A stretch of 63,953 nt of DNA, counting the filler, from Octopus bimaculoides (taxonomy: Eukaryota), in NCBI RefSeq assembly GCF_001194135.2. It is 5 parts of 5 records of this genome, joined end to end, with 100 filler letters (N's around TTAATTAATTAA, not from the genome) between each part and the next. Parts side by side here need not be neighbours in the genome. Positions count along the whole stretch, not along the records: positions 38,309 to 60,520 come from NC_069003.1; 4 more parts are not named here. One strand, 5' to 3'. Positions 49,161-60,620 of this stretch are shown here, in pieces. The position numbers and the translations under genes are program-made. The notes beneath the pieces are model-generated. The model saw only the letters and a list, made by a program, of their open reading frames with translations, ran no database searches and was not told the origin of the DNA. How positions within the stretch are numbered: position 1 is the stretch's first letter; each line of letters begins with the position of its first letter.

Positions 49161-49682
49161 TTAATATGGTAATATATGACAGGCTTCCTCATGGTTTCCA
49201 TTTACCAAAGTCACTCTCAGGGAATTGGTCAGTCCAGGCAAAAAAAAAAAAAATAATAATAATGAAATAAACAAACCATTTATATTATGATCATCCTGTC
49301 TCTAACTTAAGGCCTTGTTCACCATGGACTATATCATCCAAAGTCTCCTTCTTGCTGGTTTTTGAAATGGCAGGGTATGATCTGAGGGACATTTTTGCTG
49401 CTATTTCTAACACGTTGGACTATTGCATATAGGGTCCTTTGTTGATATGATGATGATGATGATGATGATGGTTGTTGTAGTGATGTGGGTGATTCTAACA
49501 GCATTGATGATGGGGATGGTGGTGATGGTACATGTAATCGTGGTGGTGAGGGATAGTAACAGTGAGGAGGAGGAGGATCGTGGTAATGACCTGCGTTGGG
49601 AAGGGTGGTAGTGGGAGATGTAATGAATGATAGCCATAAGAGGATAAAGTAGGATAAAGTCTGAAAGTGAAATAGAGAGAGA

Positions 49683-49747
<65 letters not shown>

Positions 49748-50567
49748 NNNNNNNNNNNNNNNNNNNNNNNNNNNNNNNNNNNNNNNNNNNNNNNNNNNNN
49801 NNNNNNNNNNNNNNNNNNNNNNNNNNNNNNNNNNNNNNNNNNNNNNNNNNNNNNNNNNNNNNNNNNNNNNNNNNNNNNNNNNNNNNNNNNNNNNNNNNNN
49901 NNNNNNNNNNNNNNNNNNNNNNNNNNNNNNNNNNNNNNNNNNNNNNNNNNNNNNNNNNNNNNNNNNNNNNNNNNNNNNNNNNNNNNNNNNNNNNNNNNNN
50001 NNNNNNNNNNNNNNNNNNNNNNNNNNNNNNNNNNNNNNNNNNNNNNNNNNNNNNNNNNNNNNNNNNNNNNNNNNNNNNNNNNNNNNNNNNNNNNNNNNNN
50101 NNNNNNNNNNNNNNNNNNNNNNNNNNNNNNNNNNNNNNNNNNNNNNNNNNNNNNNNNNNNNNNNNNNNNNNNNNNNNNNNNNNNNNNNNNNNNNNNNNNN
50201 NNNNNNNNNNNNNNNNNNNNNNNNNNNNNNNNNNNNNNNNNNNNNNNNNNNNNNNNNNNNNNNNNNNNNNNNNNNNNNNNNNNNNNNNNNNNNNNNNNNN
50301 NNNNNNNNNNNNNNNNNNNNNNNNNNNNNNNNNNNNNNNNNNNNNNNNNNNNNNNNNNNNNNNNNNNNNNNNNNNNNNNNNNNNNNNNNNNNNNNNNNNN
50401 NNNNNNNNNNNNNNNNNNNNNNNNNNNNNNNNNNNNNNNNNNNNNNNNNNNNNNNNNNNNNNNNNNNNNNNNNNNNNNNNNNNNNNNNNNNNNNNNNNNN
50501 NAATGAAGAAGAGAGAGAGACAGAGAGGATGAAATGAGAAGAAAGTATGAACGTAAGGTGGAGAAAT

Positions 50568-50605
<38 letters not shown>

Positions 50606-50837
50606 GCCTACACAAAAATATAGAGGAAGGGTTGAAGAAAATAATGTCTAGTTAAAAGCAAAACCTTGCCCTTGGTGTCGCATGAACAGATGAAGTGGTA
50701 TTTGTAAGGCAAAGACCACCTGGTGTCCAGCATTGCTATGTTGTTTCAAGCCACCCACCAATGCCACTTCAATCCATCAAGTCATGGACATGAAACTCAG
50801 CATCTTTTTGACACTTCAAATTATATAACTCTAAATC

Positions 50838-51122
50838 AGCGGTTTCCAAAGTGGGCAGTACTGCCCCACCATTGGGAGCAGTAGGAAGATCCAGAGAAAG
50901 GTGGGTGCGTTGAAGAAAGGGGGGGGGTAATGGGCTAGCTGTAAAACCCACCCCCCAATAAGGGGTTAATTGAGTTAAGTTTTATTTGTGAAACACAGTC
51001 GTTTTGAATTTGTTGCAGAAAGTAGTCTATGTTTGCAGCGGCGGTGGTGGTGGTGGGGCAACACTAAGAATGTGACCTGGGCGCCAAGGGGACGGAACCC
51101 TGAAAAAGCTTGGGAACCACTA
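50838..51122. mobile_element. hAT (Charlie-like) MITE
   Basis: Termini cagcggtttccaaagtggg ... aaaagcttgggaaccacta are imperfect TIRs of the CAGTGGTTCCCAA type. Confidence 0.6.
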
Positions 51123-51702
51123 CTGTAAATGAAGAGGAGAACTACAGGGGTGTCTTTAGGATGTACAAGATAAACACTACTGAACAATATATGTCACAGA
51201 ACCTCCCAAAACTAGACACCAAAATCTAAAGCTTTGTCCAAGACTAATTAAGTTACCTATGAAGAAAACCAATACCAAAATAAGCGATCCTCTTAGATGA
51301 TGATTCCACAAATACTTTCTACTTTGCAAGACTGAAGGACAACCCAGAAGAATGAGATTAAGATATAAGAAATTCACAATCAAGCATAACATATGTGCAT
51401 TCCCATCATCAGCTGCCCTATCGTATATCATGATGGTTTCGATACCTGGGCAGGACCATTCAATCTGGCTTCCTAGGAATTCACAAGCTTATTATTTACT
51501 ACAAGTAACAACATAAGAGTAAGCAAATAGTGGTAACTTATTGCTAGAAATTATTATTTATAACAAAGAACTAATCCCAAAAAAGACATTCAGTCAATAC
51601 AAGAGCAGACAACCTTGCTTCTTAATCAACATTGCATCTCTAACATGATATCACACCCAAAATGAGCCTAATAATGGTTAGTGGAATAGTACATCTTGTA
51701 AA

Positions 51703-51970
51703 GCACATGGCTCAGTGGTTAAAGCATTGGGCTGTGTTGTGTTCTTGAGCAAAACACTTTATTTTACATTGCTCCAGTTCACCCAGCTGTAGCAATGGGT
51801 TGCGACATCACTGATGCCAAGCTGTATTGGCCCCTTTGCCTTTCACTTGGATAACATTGGAGGCACGGAGAAGGAAAGCTGGTATACATGGCGATTACAG
51901 ATTTTCCATAAACAACCTTGCCCAGACTTGCGCATCAGAGGGGAACTTTCTAGGTGCAATCCCATGGTCA
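51703..51970 (+). mobile_element. SINE family D, near full-length
   Basis: gcacatggctcagtggttaaagc..gagcaaaacacttttattttacattgctccag..ctaggtgcaatcccatggtcattc. Confidence 0.7.
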
Positions 51971-52165
51971 TTCTTGCTGTTGAGACCTCAACCTCAGCTA
52001 TTCTCAGACCCCACACTGCTGGTCTCCTCCATAGAATCAGGATGACAACAGCCCACCTGAGAAATGAGCCCTCTGACGTTGAGTGGCTGTTGCAGCAAGT
52101 GTCACTGGCCATTCTCCATGGCATGTCTTTGTTATTATGTTCACTAGATGTAGCTGAACGCACCA
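51971..52165 (+). mobile_element. CRE-like RLE non-LTR retrotransposon C-terminal fragment
   Basis: LAVETSTSAILRPHTAGLLHRI..EPSDVEWLLQQVSLAILHG matches the CRE-type ending P.AVET.G..G....LL..I......L.QR.S.AI.RGN. Confidence 0.65.
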
Positions 52166-52409
52166 TTTGGATTAAGGTGTACAGCCTGTTACTCCCACCT
52201 CCTGTTTTTTCATTACTTGATTTCCTTCTCTCACTTTGTTTCCTCGGTGAAGCAATTTCAGAGTAACCATTTCAGTGGTTGAATTCTGATTCTCACATAT
52301 TTTTGGAAAGCAATAAATCATTTAAATTTTTTAATAATTCAATCTCTTCTACTTTTATTTTTGTCTTTTAATCAGTTTATCTTTTTTTTTGCTCAAATAA
52401 AAGGTTTTT

Positions 52410-52445
<36 letters not shown>

Positions 52446-52455
52446 TTATTTAAAT

Positions 52456-52582
52456 ATTTGAAAAAAAAAAAATGAATAGAAATCGCTTTTCTGATAATTT
52501 TTCCACTTTAATAATTTATAAACATTTAATTATTAAAGTGGAAAAATTATCAGTAAAGCCATTTCTATTCATTTTTTCAAAT
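52456..52582. repeat. AT-rich fold-back, ~55-60-bp arms
   Basis: 52456-52516 vs 52528-52582 inverted (tgaatagaaat..ctgataatttttccactttaataatt). Confidence 0.8.
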
Positions 52583-52914
52583 ACATAATACTGTACCAAA
52601 GACTTTTAATTTCTTATTCTACTATGTGTGTGTGTGTGTGTGTGTGCGCACACAAATAAATGTATGACTATAAGAAGTAGTATTACTAGTTACGAGCTCC
52701 AAGGGTAAAGGGCTGGACATATACATCTCTCTCTCTCTGTCCCCAACTGAGGTAGCAATGTATCTCTACTGCAGAGCACCTATTTCTGTCCCTCCATTCA
52801 TACTTCAATCTCTCATCAGCTGGTAGAAAGCCACCTCCCTCAATAACATTTCCCCACTCAGTTGAGGAGTAAGTAGTAGTTATTGAATGAACTCACTGCT
52901 GCTGCTGCTGCCAC

Positions 52915-53065
52915 CATGTACAAAAGCATCCAGTCCACTCTGTAAAGTGGCTGATGTTAGGACAGCCATAGAAAACCATGCCAAAGCTGATAGTGGAGTT
53001 TGTTGCAGGCTTTTGACTTGTCAGCTTTCCTGTCAAACCATCCAACCCATGCCAGCAGGGAAAAC
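52915..53065 (+). mobile_element. Family E
   Basis: ccactctgtaaagtggctg..caaaccatccaacccatgccagcagggaaa. Confidence 0.55.
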
Positions 53066-53484
53066 GAGTGAGTTAGCAAGCGAATGAGTGAATGAGTGAG
53101 TGAGGGAGCCTTTTTGTTTTTTTCTCGATTTGCAACATTTACATTTACACGACAATCAAACTGTTTCATAAAAACCTATCAGAAAGTCGAATACGAATAA
53201 AGCAAAGTCAAAAAAGTCAATGAAGTCAGATAAAACCCTAACCAAATCAAAGACAAAACAAACTTGTCATATACATCAATTTGAAGTTAACATTGATGGA
53301 TTTTCAATCAATAACAATGAAGTGAAAACTTATTAGTTAAATTAAGTACATATTTTGTTTTTTAATCAATTGCACAAGTAAAAGAATAATGCGCAAACAC
53401 GCAATGTGATGCATGCATGCATGCAAGCATGCATGTGCATTTGTAGGCCTTAGATAGCAATGCGGTAAGGTGGTTCGTCTAAAT

Positions 53485-53625
53485 CATCATCATTTAAGGT
53501 CTACTTTTCCATGCTTGTATGGGTCAGATGGAGTTTACTGAGGCACATTTTCTACAGCTGGATGCTCTCCTTGTCACCCACCCTCACCTGTTTTCAAGTA
53601 AAGTGATATTTTTCACCATCACATG
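53485..53625 (-). mobile_element. Family E
   Basis: catcatcatttaaggtctacttttccatgc..ttctacagctggatgc. Confidence 0.55.
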
Positions 53626-53884
53626 ATGTCTAGACAGGGGCACACAAACACGTGTGTTTGTACGTGTGTGTGTGCATGCGCATGTGTGTGTGTGTGTGTA
53701 TATATATAAAAATTAAAAAAGTACAAAAGTCAAAAGGACATACGTAGTGAATATATTAGGCTGATGCCCAGTACAAGATAAAAAAAAGGGTGTGTGTGAT
53801 ATTTTGAGAATGGCTCTTCATCATAAACAGGAAAGGTTTAGAGAAGGGAAAGAATAGTCTGAGAAAAGCACGTCTGTGGTTATA

Positions 53885-54048
53885 CATACATATAGGATGG
53901 GCTTCTTTCAGTTTCCCCTGTATCAAATCCACTCACAAAGCTTTGGTTGGCCTGGGGCTATAGTAGAAGGCACTTGCCCAAGATGCTATGCAGCAGGACT
54001 GAACCCAAGGCTACACAGTTGCTTGTTAACCACACAGCCACACCTGTG
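53885..54048 (-). mobile_element. SINE family B, 5' part
   Basis: gatgggcttctttcagtttcc..ggcacttgcccaag. Confidence 0.78.
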
Positions 54049-54825
54049 CCTATTTGGTTGACTTTGTAGAATCTGCAGAACTTCAAATCACAACAAATGC
54101 ATTTCAGAATCTTGTCAAAATGGCAGGCAAACACAGAGGTTCATATGAAAATAATATGGAAGCCGTCCATGTCAGAAAGATTACAGCGGTTATTATTTCC
54201 CCCGTCATATCCTTTAGTTCTAGAAATTCTACTCTGCTTAAATTAATATGGTTTTGAACATATCAATTCTCTGACAACCAAATGTGTGAAGCCATAGGAG
54301 TTTTGCTTCCGTCATGGATTCTGAAAGAATTGGCACTTGATCGCCATAGTAACGCAACACTGTATGCAAACATCAACAACAATATGTCTAGTCAGCTTGA
54401 GGTTATCATAAAAACACCCAACCGCTCTTCAAGTTCTCCCTACTCTCTGTTTTATATTCACCTCATGCTTTGAAGGGTTTGTCCTCACCATCTCTTTCTC
54501 TCTTATCAGTTGGAGAAGCTAAATATCTCTTCTTCAGCAAGACACTTGTTCTTTCCCCTCTATCATACTTTCACCTTCTTCAATATGATACCCTGCTCAG
54601 TTGAGGAGGGGAAGTCTTTGTCTTGTGGACACTTGGTGATCTCACTAGTGCTTGGAGAGCTGGTTGCTATTTCTAGCTGGTTGAGTGACCACATAGTAAA
54701 AGAATAAAAGCATATGGGGNNNNNNNNNNGAGTGTGTTTGTTTATATACTTTTCCATATTTGTATGAGTCATTGGATTTTGCTATGGCTGATTTTCTATG
54801 GTTGGAGGCCCCTCCTATCACCAAC

Positions 54826-54960
54826 ACTCAACTGGTACTTATTTTAATGACTTCCAAAAAGATGAAATGCGAAGCTGACCTTGGCAGAATCTGAACTCAG
54901 AACATAAAACCAGAAGAAATGGTGATAAGCATTTTGCTTGGCATGTTAACAATTCTGCAG
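54826..54960 (-). mobile_element. SINE family A, partial
   Basis: caactggtacttatttt..gaatctgaactcagaac. Confidence 0.65.
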
Positions 54961-56504
54961 ACTACTAAGCTTTGTTTAGTTACTACTCTACAAGTGTGTC
55001 TCTTTTCTGAGAACTCAATCCAACTCCCTACCAAATCCTATTATTCCTCGACAAACAAAAGATAAAGAAAGACAGCTATCTGCTGTTCCTCTGCTTAAAA
55101 CTTCAATACTTAATCTCTCTCTCTCTCCCTCTTTCCTATCTAACTTCAGTCTTATTCCATGTGTTTAGACCATTACTCTTGGGAATATCTTTTCCATATT
55201 GTAATAACTGCTGTAATAAAACCTGTCCTTTTCGTTCTCATCCTGACACCAAAATTTTTCCTTAATTGCAAAGAAGGAAGGAAGGCTAAGGCTATCATAG
55301 CAAGCATTAGGAAAATGGCAAACTTTTTTTTTTTTTTTTCCTGCTTTCAGGTTGTTTTACATTATATACTGATCAACAACCAATCAATATTTAAAAATAA
55401 AGACAAGAGCCTTTATGAATGCATTGAATAATCACTCTCCAGTTATGACATTCGGATATCCGACACGTACATGGCAAAGACAAACACTACCATTGATGCT
55501 CCCTTTAACGGATATTCTTCTATAACATCTGAAATCACAGATTTACATAAGCTTTCAAAGTCGGCAAAGCCAGAAAGAAAGGAAAAAAAAAAAAGACAGA
55601 GTCCATACATATTTTTATGGATAGAATGAGATGAGAAATAATGTTGGATTTACTCAATTCGTTTATTTTTTATCTGCTAAAGCCAAAGCAATCTGTTGAA
55701 ATTTAAATTCAGGTAGCATGGAAATTATTTCAATTTTATGGGGTTTTTTTTTCTTAGTATCAGCCATTTTCGAGTGTTTATTCTCAAAGATCTGCTTTCT
55801 CTTTTTTCTCTTACTTTGCACAAAATTTAAGATGCATCAATATAACACAAATGAAAAATTGTTTGTCAATTTTAACCCTTTTCATAGCAACCTACCTGAG
55901 ACCACCCCTGGCTCTATACAATACAAAGTTTCTGTTTTAAAGTGATTTAAATTAAAAACTTAAAACCTTCTCTGAAAATTTCATGTTAATTGACATAATA
56001 ACGATAAAAATATTTTACTAAATTCTTTGTAATTTTCCCAAAATTAATTGAAACAGAAGTAGTGTATTGTATTTCAACAGAAATATGGTAACAAAAGGCA
56101 TTAATCTTGTTGACACTTTCTATGAAGTGTTTTTATTTGTATTTAAGAATGTTACATTTGAAGTTTTGGAGAAAATTAACAAAACAGATGAAAGAAAACA
56201 GCGAGAGAAAGACATAGAAAGAGAAATAATAGATACAAAGTTTAAATCTAGTCAGTCAGATAGCAAAATAATACATTGATGGTGGTGTTTGAAGAAGACA
56301 AATGATGTGACACAATTTAAGGAATTGTTCAATTTACAGACCTTGTTCTTAAAACCTACTCCTACTCCAAATGTATGTAATGGTGGTTGCAAGCATGGCC
56401 AAGTGGTTAAGAAGTTTGCTTGTCATCACAAGTTCCCCAGTTCAATCCCACAATAAGGCATTTGGGGCAAGTGTTTTCTTTTCTTTTAATTTCTTTTTTC
56501 CTCA

Positions 56505-56925
56505 CTGGATGCAGGAAGGTTGTGTAGTTAAGAAGCTTACTTTGTAACCCAGTGATTTCAGGTTCAGTCCCATTGCATGGCACCTTGGGCAAGTGTCTTC
56601 CACTATAGACCCAGACCAACCAATGCACTGTGAATGAATTTGATAGACGGAAACTATGTTGAAGCCTGTTGTAAATATGTATATGTATGTATGTGTGTGT
56701 ATATATGTCTTTGCACTTGTATTTGTTTCTCTACCACTTCACAACTAGTGTTGGTTTACTTACATCCCTGTAACTTAGCAGTTCTGCAAACAAGACCAAT
56801 AGAATAACCACTAATCTTAAAAACATAAATACCAAGGTCAATTTGCTTGACTAGAAACCCTTCAAAATGGTGCTTTAGTATGGTCACAGTCCTATGACTG
56901 AAACAGGTGTAAAGATACAGGAAGA
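56505..56925 (+). mobile_element. SINE family B, near full-length
   Basis: caggttcagtcccattgcatggcaccttgggcaagtgtcttcc..atgactgaaacaggtgtaaagata. Confidence 0.8.
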
Positions 56926-57382
56926 AAGACAGCTTCTTTGGGTGAATGCGAGACTCATGAAGGAAAACTGGGTACATAGAAACTGTAGAGAAGCCTGCTG
57001 GCTGGAACATATCTTAAATTCAATCATTCATCTTTGTCACCAGCTGTTTTGTGCTGAGTCAGCCTGAGTGCACATGTCAACAGAATGCTCAAGTTAGATT
57101 ATTAATTAAGTAGTTTATTGATTAAACAGGTAGTTCAGTTAACGAAACAATGGAATGCATGTTGCTGAAACTGTGCCAAGGTAGATCATAAGACAATAAG
57201 AAAGAAAGACAAAGACACTTCCCTAAAGACAAGCTAACTTCTGAGAGAGAACCTATAAAATATAGGTCATGATTTTTAAGACAATATCAACACCGTCACC
57301 ACCATCCAGGGTCTAGGAAATAGATGCAACTAGCAGAAATAGTCTGGAGAAAATGTTATCATCATAATCATTGTCATCATTG

Positions 57383-57567
57383 CTGGGCAAAAGGCTTAGA
57401 AGCATTTTGTCAATCTTTATGTTCTGAGTTCAAATCCCACCAAGGTTGACTTTACTTTTCATCCTTTCAGGGTGGATAAAATAAGAACCAGTTGGGGGTC
57501 GATGTAATTGACTAGCCCCCCTCCCCTGAAATTGGTAGCCTTGTGCTTATAGTAGAAAGCATTATCT
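57383..57567 (+). mobile_element. SINE family A, (ATT)-tail subtype
   Basis: gttctgagttcaaatcccacc..gccttgtgcttatagtagaaagcattat. Confidence 0.72.
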
Positions 57568-57574
57568 AATGTTC

Positions 57575-58130
57575 ATTTATCATGTTGGCATGTGTTGCCT
57601 GGTTTCACTGGGTCCAATGAGCTGCAGAGATACATCAGGCCATAATGCCAGCTTTGGCATGGTTTCTATGGCTGGATGCCCTTCCTAGTGCCAACCACTT
57701 TACAGAGTGGACTGAGGGCTTTTTTTCATGAACGCTGGCACTAGTGAAGCTGTTAAGTCACTTGCAAGAAAAAGTAAAGAAAGGAAAAGGAAAAAAACAC
57801 CTTCGACTAAGTGGGAGCATATTTGAGAAGGGGGCAGGTGTCTTTATGCCAGGTGTTGATGGCTAAGAATGATTGAAGGACAAGCACAGGTGTCTTGCTA
57901 TAAGAGAAGATACATGGCTATCCCATTATATACATTATGGGAGGGAGATACATGATGTGAGGATGGGTGGGAGTGTCTGGAAGGGAGACAGAGATGGTGG
58001 TGAGAGGGTGAAAGAGTCCTTTCATTGCTAATCTTCAGGAAGTGACAAGAGCAGCTTTTGCAAGGAAAAAGAATTGAGATCATCATCATCATCATCATTT
58101 AACATCCACTTTCCATGCTGGCATATACTT
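57575..58130 (-). mobile_element. Family E fragments
   Basis: ggctggatgcccttcctagtgccaaccact and catcatcatttaacatccactttccatgctggcat. Confidence 0.55.
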
Positions 58131-58181
58131 AAGTATAACTCAGCAGGTTGTAAACGACCAATGCAGTCTATGTCAAAGTAT

Positions 58182-58598
58182 TCCGATGTTTCTAATAAAA
58201 CTTTATTTGTTTGCCTGTTTTCCAATAAATTCTGCTGAGTTAGTCTTATTCTTTTGTTTTTTCTGAATTTTTCAAATTGTAAAGATAATTTACGGACACT
58301 GTAAATAAATAAATAAATAAATAAATACATATATATATATATATTCATCACACACACACACAGAAGGTTTTCATAAATTATCTCTACAATTTCTACATTT
58401 TATTCCATCCATCAAAGTTGATATCCATCAATCAACTTGTATGTAACCAATGGAGTCCACTTGAAAGTGTTCTGATGTTTCTAATAAAACTTTATTTGTT
58501 TGTCTATGTTTTCCAACAAACTCTGCTGAGATATCCTTATTCTTCTTTTTCTCTTGAATTTCTCAAGCTCTAAAGATAATTTACGGACATCCTATGTA
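58182..58598. mobile_element. Tc1/mariner-type MITE: partial copy (58182-58303) plus full copy (58361-58598)
   Basis: Shared interior 'gatgtttctaataaaactttatttgttt' and right TIR agataatttacggaca..TA; left TIR cagaaggttttcataaattatct. Confidence 0.65.
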
Positions 58599-58851
58599 TA
58601 TATATATATATAACTAACATCAAAATGAAATGACACAGCATTGTTTTTTGGTTATTTTTTTTTTGTTTTGCATCTCTTGTATATTGTCATGTGTTCTACT
58701 CTATTTGGTTAATGCTGTCATACAGGGTGTTGGCTACCTTAATGAGGTTAGTCGCCGCATCTCATCTTTCTCTTTCTATACCAGGATTGTGTTCCATTGT
58801 CCCCATATCTCTCTTTAGCTGATTCACTCACACCTTACACTGTCTTTGCGG

Positions 58852-59065
58852 AGACATGTGGCTTAGTGGTTAGCATACTGACCTCATGATCGTAAGACTG
58901 TAGTTTCATTTCCTGGACTGGGCGACACATTGTGTTCTTGAGCAAAACACTTCACTTCACATTGCTCCAGTCCATTTTGCTGGCAAAAATGAGTAATCCC
59001 AATCGACTGGCATCCCATCAAGATTGGGAATCTATACACCATGTAGACCAGGAAACAGGCCTTTT
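58852..59065 (+). mobile_element. SINE family D
   Basis: gacatgtggcttagtggttagc..gtgttcttgagcaaaacacttcacttcacattgctccagtcc. Confidence 0.75.
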
Positions 59066-59099
59066 GTGTAAGTACCAACAATGGGAGTTCATTTGTCTC

Positions 59100-59524
59100 T
59101 GGTACGGCATCAGTGTTTGGAACAACTTATGTCTGTGAGCAAACATTTTCAAAAATGAAGAATGTGAAGTCAGCACATCGAACGAGGTTGACTGATGAAC
59201 ATTTGAAAGCAATTCTCTTGGTTGGATGCAGCAACTCCAAAGCAATATTGGTGATATCTTAAAAAGCTAAACACCAGTTTCACAAATCTCAATAATCCAT
59301 TTTTGCTGCTTCGTTTGGGAGATTCAGATTTGTGCACACTGGGTGTGATATCACTATTTTATTGCTAATGTCACCTTCTTTGGTAACTTTTTGGTAAATA
59401 AATATGTTGGCTGTCTTTTTTTTTGTGTATTCACTGTATTGTAATGAACAAAATGGTTATGTGGCCCACACTTGTCATTCTCTTAGTTATCTGGCCTACA
59501 GTGTAAAAAGTTTGGTGATCCCTG
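59100..59524 (+). mobile_element. hAT (SPIN/Charlie-like) transposon 3' end with dimerisation-domain remnant
   Basis: ASVFGTTYVCEQTFSKMKNVKSAHRTRLTDEHLKAIL; terminal aaaaagtttggtgatccctg (rc CAGGGATCACCAAACTTTTT). Confidence 0.82.
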
Positions 59525-60473
59525 CATTAAAGGTACAAGTGTCTATGGAATTCTCAACACTATAATTCAATTGATAGACAGTTCCATTCCAAAGGAACAT
59601 TCATAATTGAGACACCCCTCTTATATCTGTCATTTCTCTTTAACACTTAGGCTGAACGTAACATGCAGATTTCCTGAGTAGCACTCCAAACACCTCCTGT
59701 GATTCCAGCTTCAGTCAAGTTCTACACGATTTGAATCCCTAATAACCCTTCCACACCCACACACCAGTTCCAAGAGAACACCTCCATTCCCAGATTAACA
59801 ATCAACGAGCATGTTTAGATTCTTAAACAAGAGGTAGAAAGACAGAGAAGGTGTCCACGTGCATTTAAAAGCACGTGCAGAAATTTCCAGAACCAGCCAA
59901 CACAGGTGTAAAAACACTTGGAAGAAAGTCATTGTCAGGCATTCCGATACCGTTATAGTACATACAGCAGTTTATTCTCCAAGAACTTTGTGGATAGTGA
60001 GTTTCTTCTTTTATTTATTTATCCATTTACATTTTCTTGTTTTATTAGCTCTACTATTGATTTTCATTTCAACGTCAGATTTTCTATCTGCTTGTTTACA
60101 TCAAATAGTTTCTATTCCTCTTCTTATTGCTGCCTTCTCCTCTTCATCACCATCACAGTCACTATTATTTTTTCAACCAATCCACTATTAGAGCTATATT
60201 TACTCCTGAAATACTACAACTACATACACACACACACACATATATATGTGTATATATGTATATATATATAACTTAAAATCTCAAAGGCAAAAGCTAACAC
60301 TAAATTTTGCATGTTTAACTATTTATATTTTTAAAAATTATATTTTGCATTCATTTTCTTTCATGCTAAACACATGGATAGAATTTTCTTTGGAATATAT
60401 AAACAGGCACAATATATATATATTATATATATATACATTGACCAATACTTCATAAGCGAAAGACCATGTTATA

Positions 60474-60516
<43 letters not shown>

Positions 60517-60620
60517 CGTANNNNNNNNNNNNNNNNNNNNNNNNNNNNNNNNNNNNNNNNNNNNTTAATTAATTAANNNNNNNNNNNNNNNNNNNNNNNN
60601 NNNNNNNNNNNNNNNNNNNN

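Noticed and set aside
54330-54350. RFX X-box-like GTTACTATGGCGAT on the minus strand
   Set aside because: Imperfect half-site, no supported gene start nearby; expected by chance in 64 kb.
11556-58900. Many A-box/B-box tRNA-like sequences as tRNA genes
   Set aside because: All run directly into shared SINE bodies and tails, several with TSDs; none gives a clean cloverleaf with acceptor stem and Pol III terminator.
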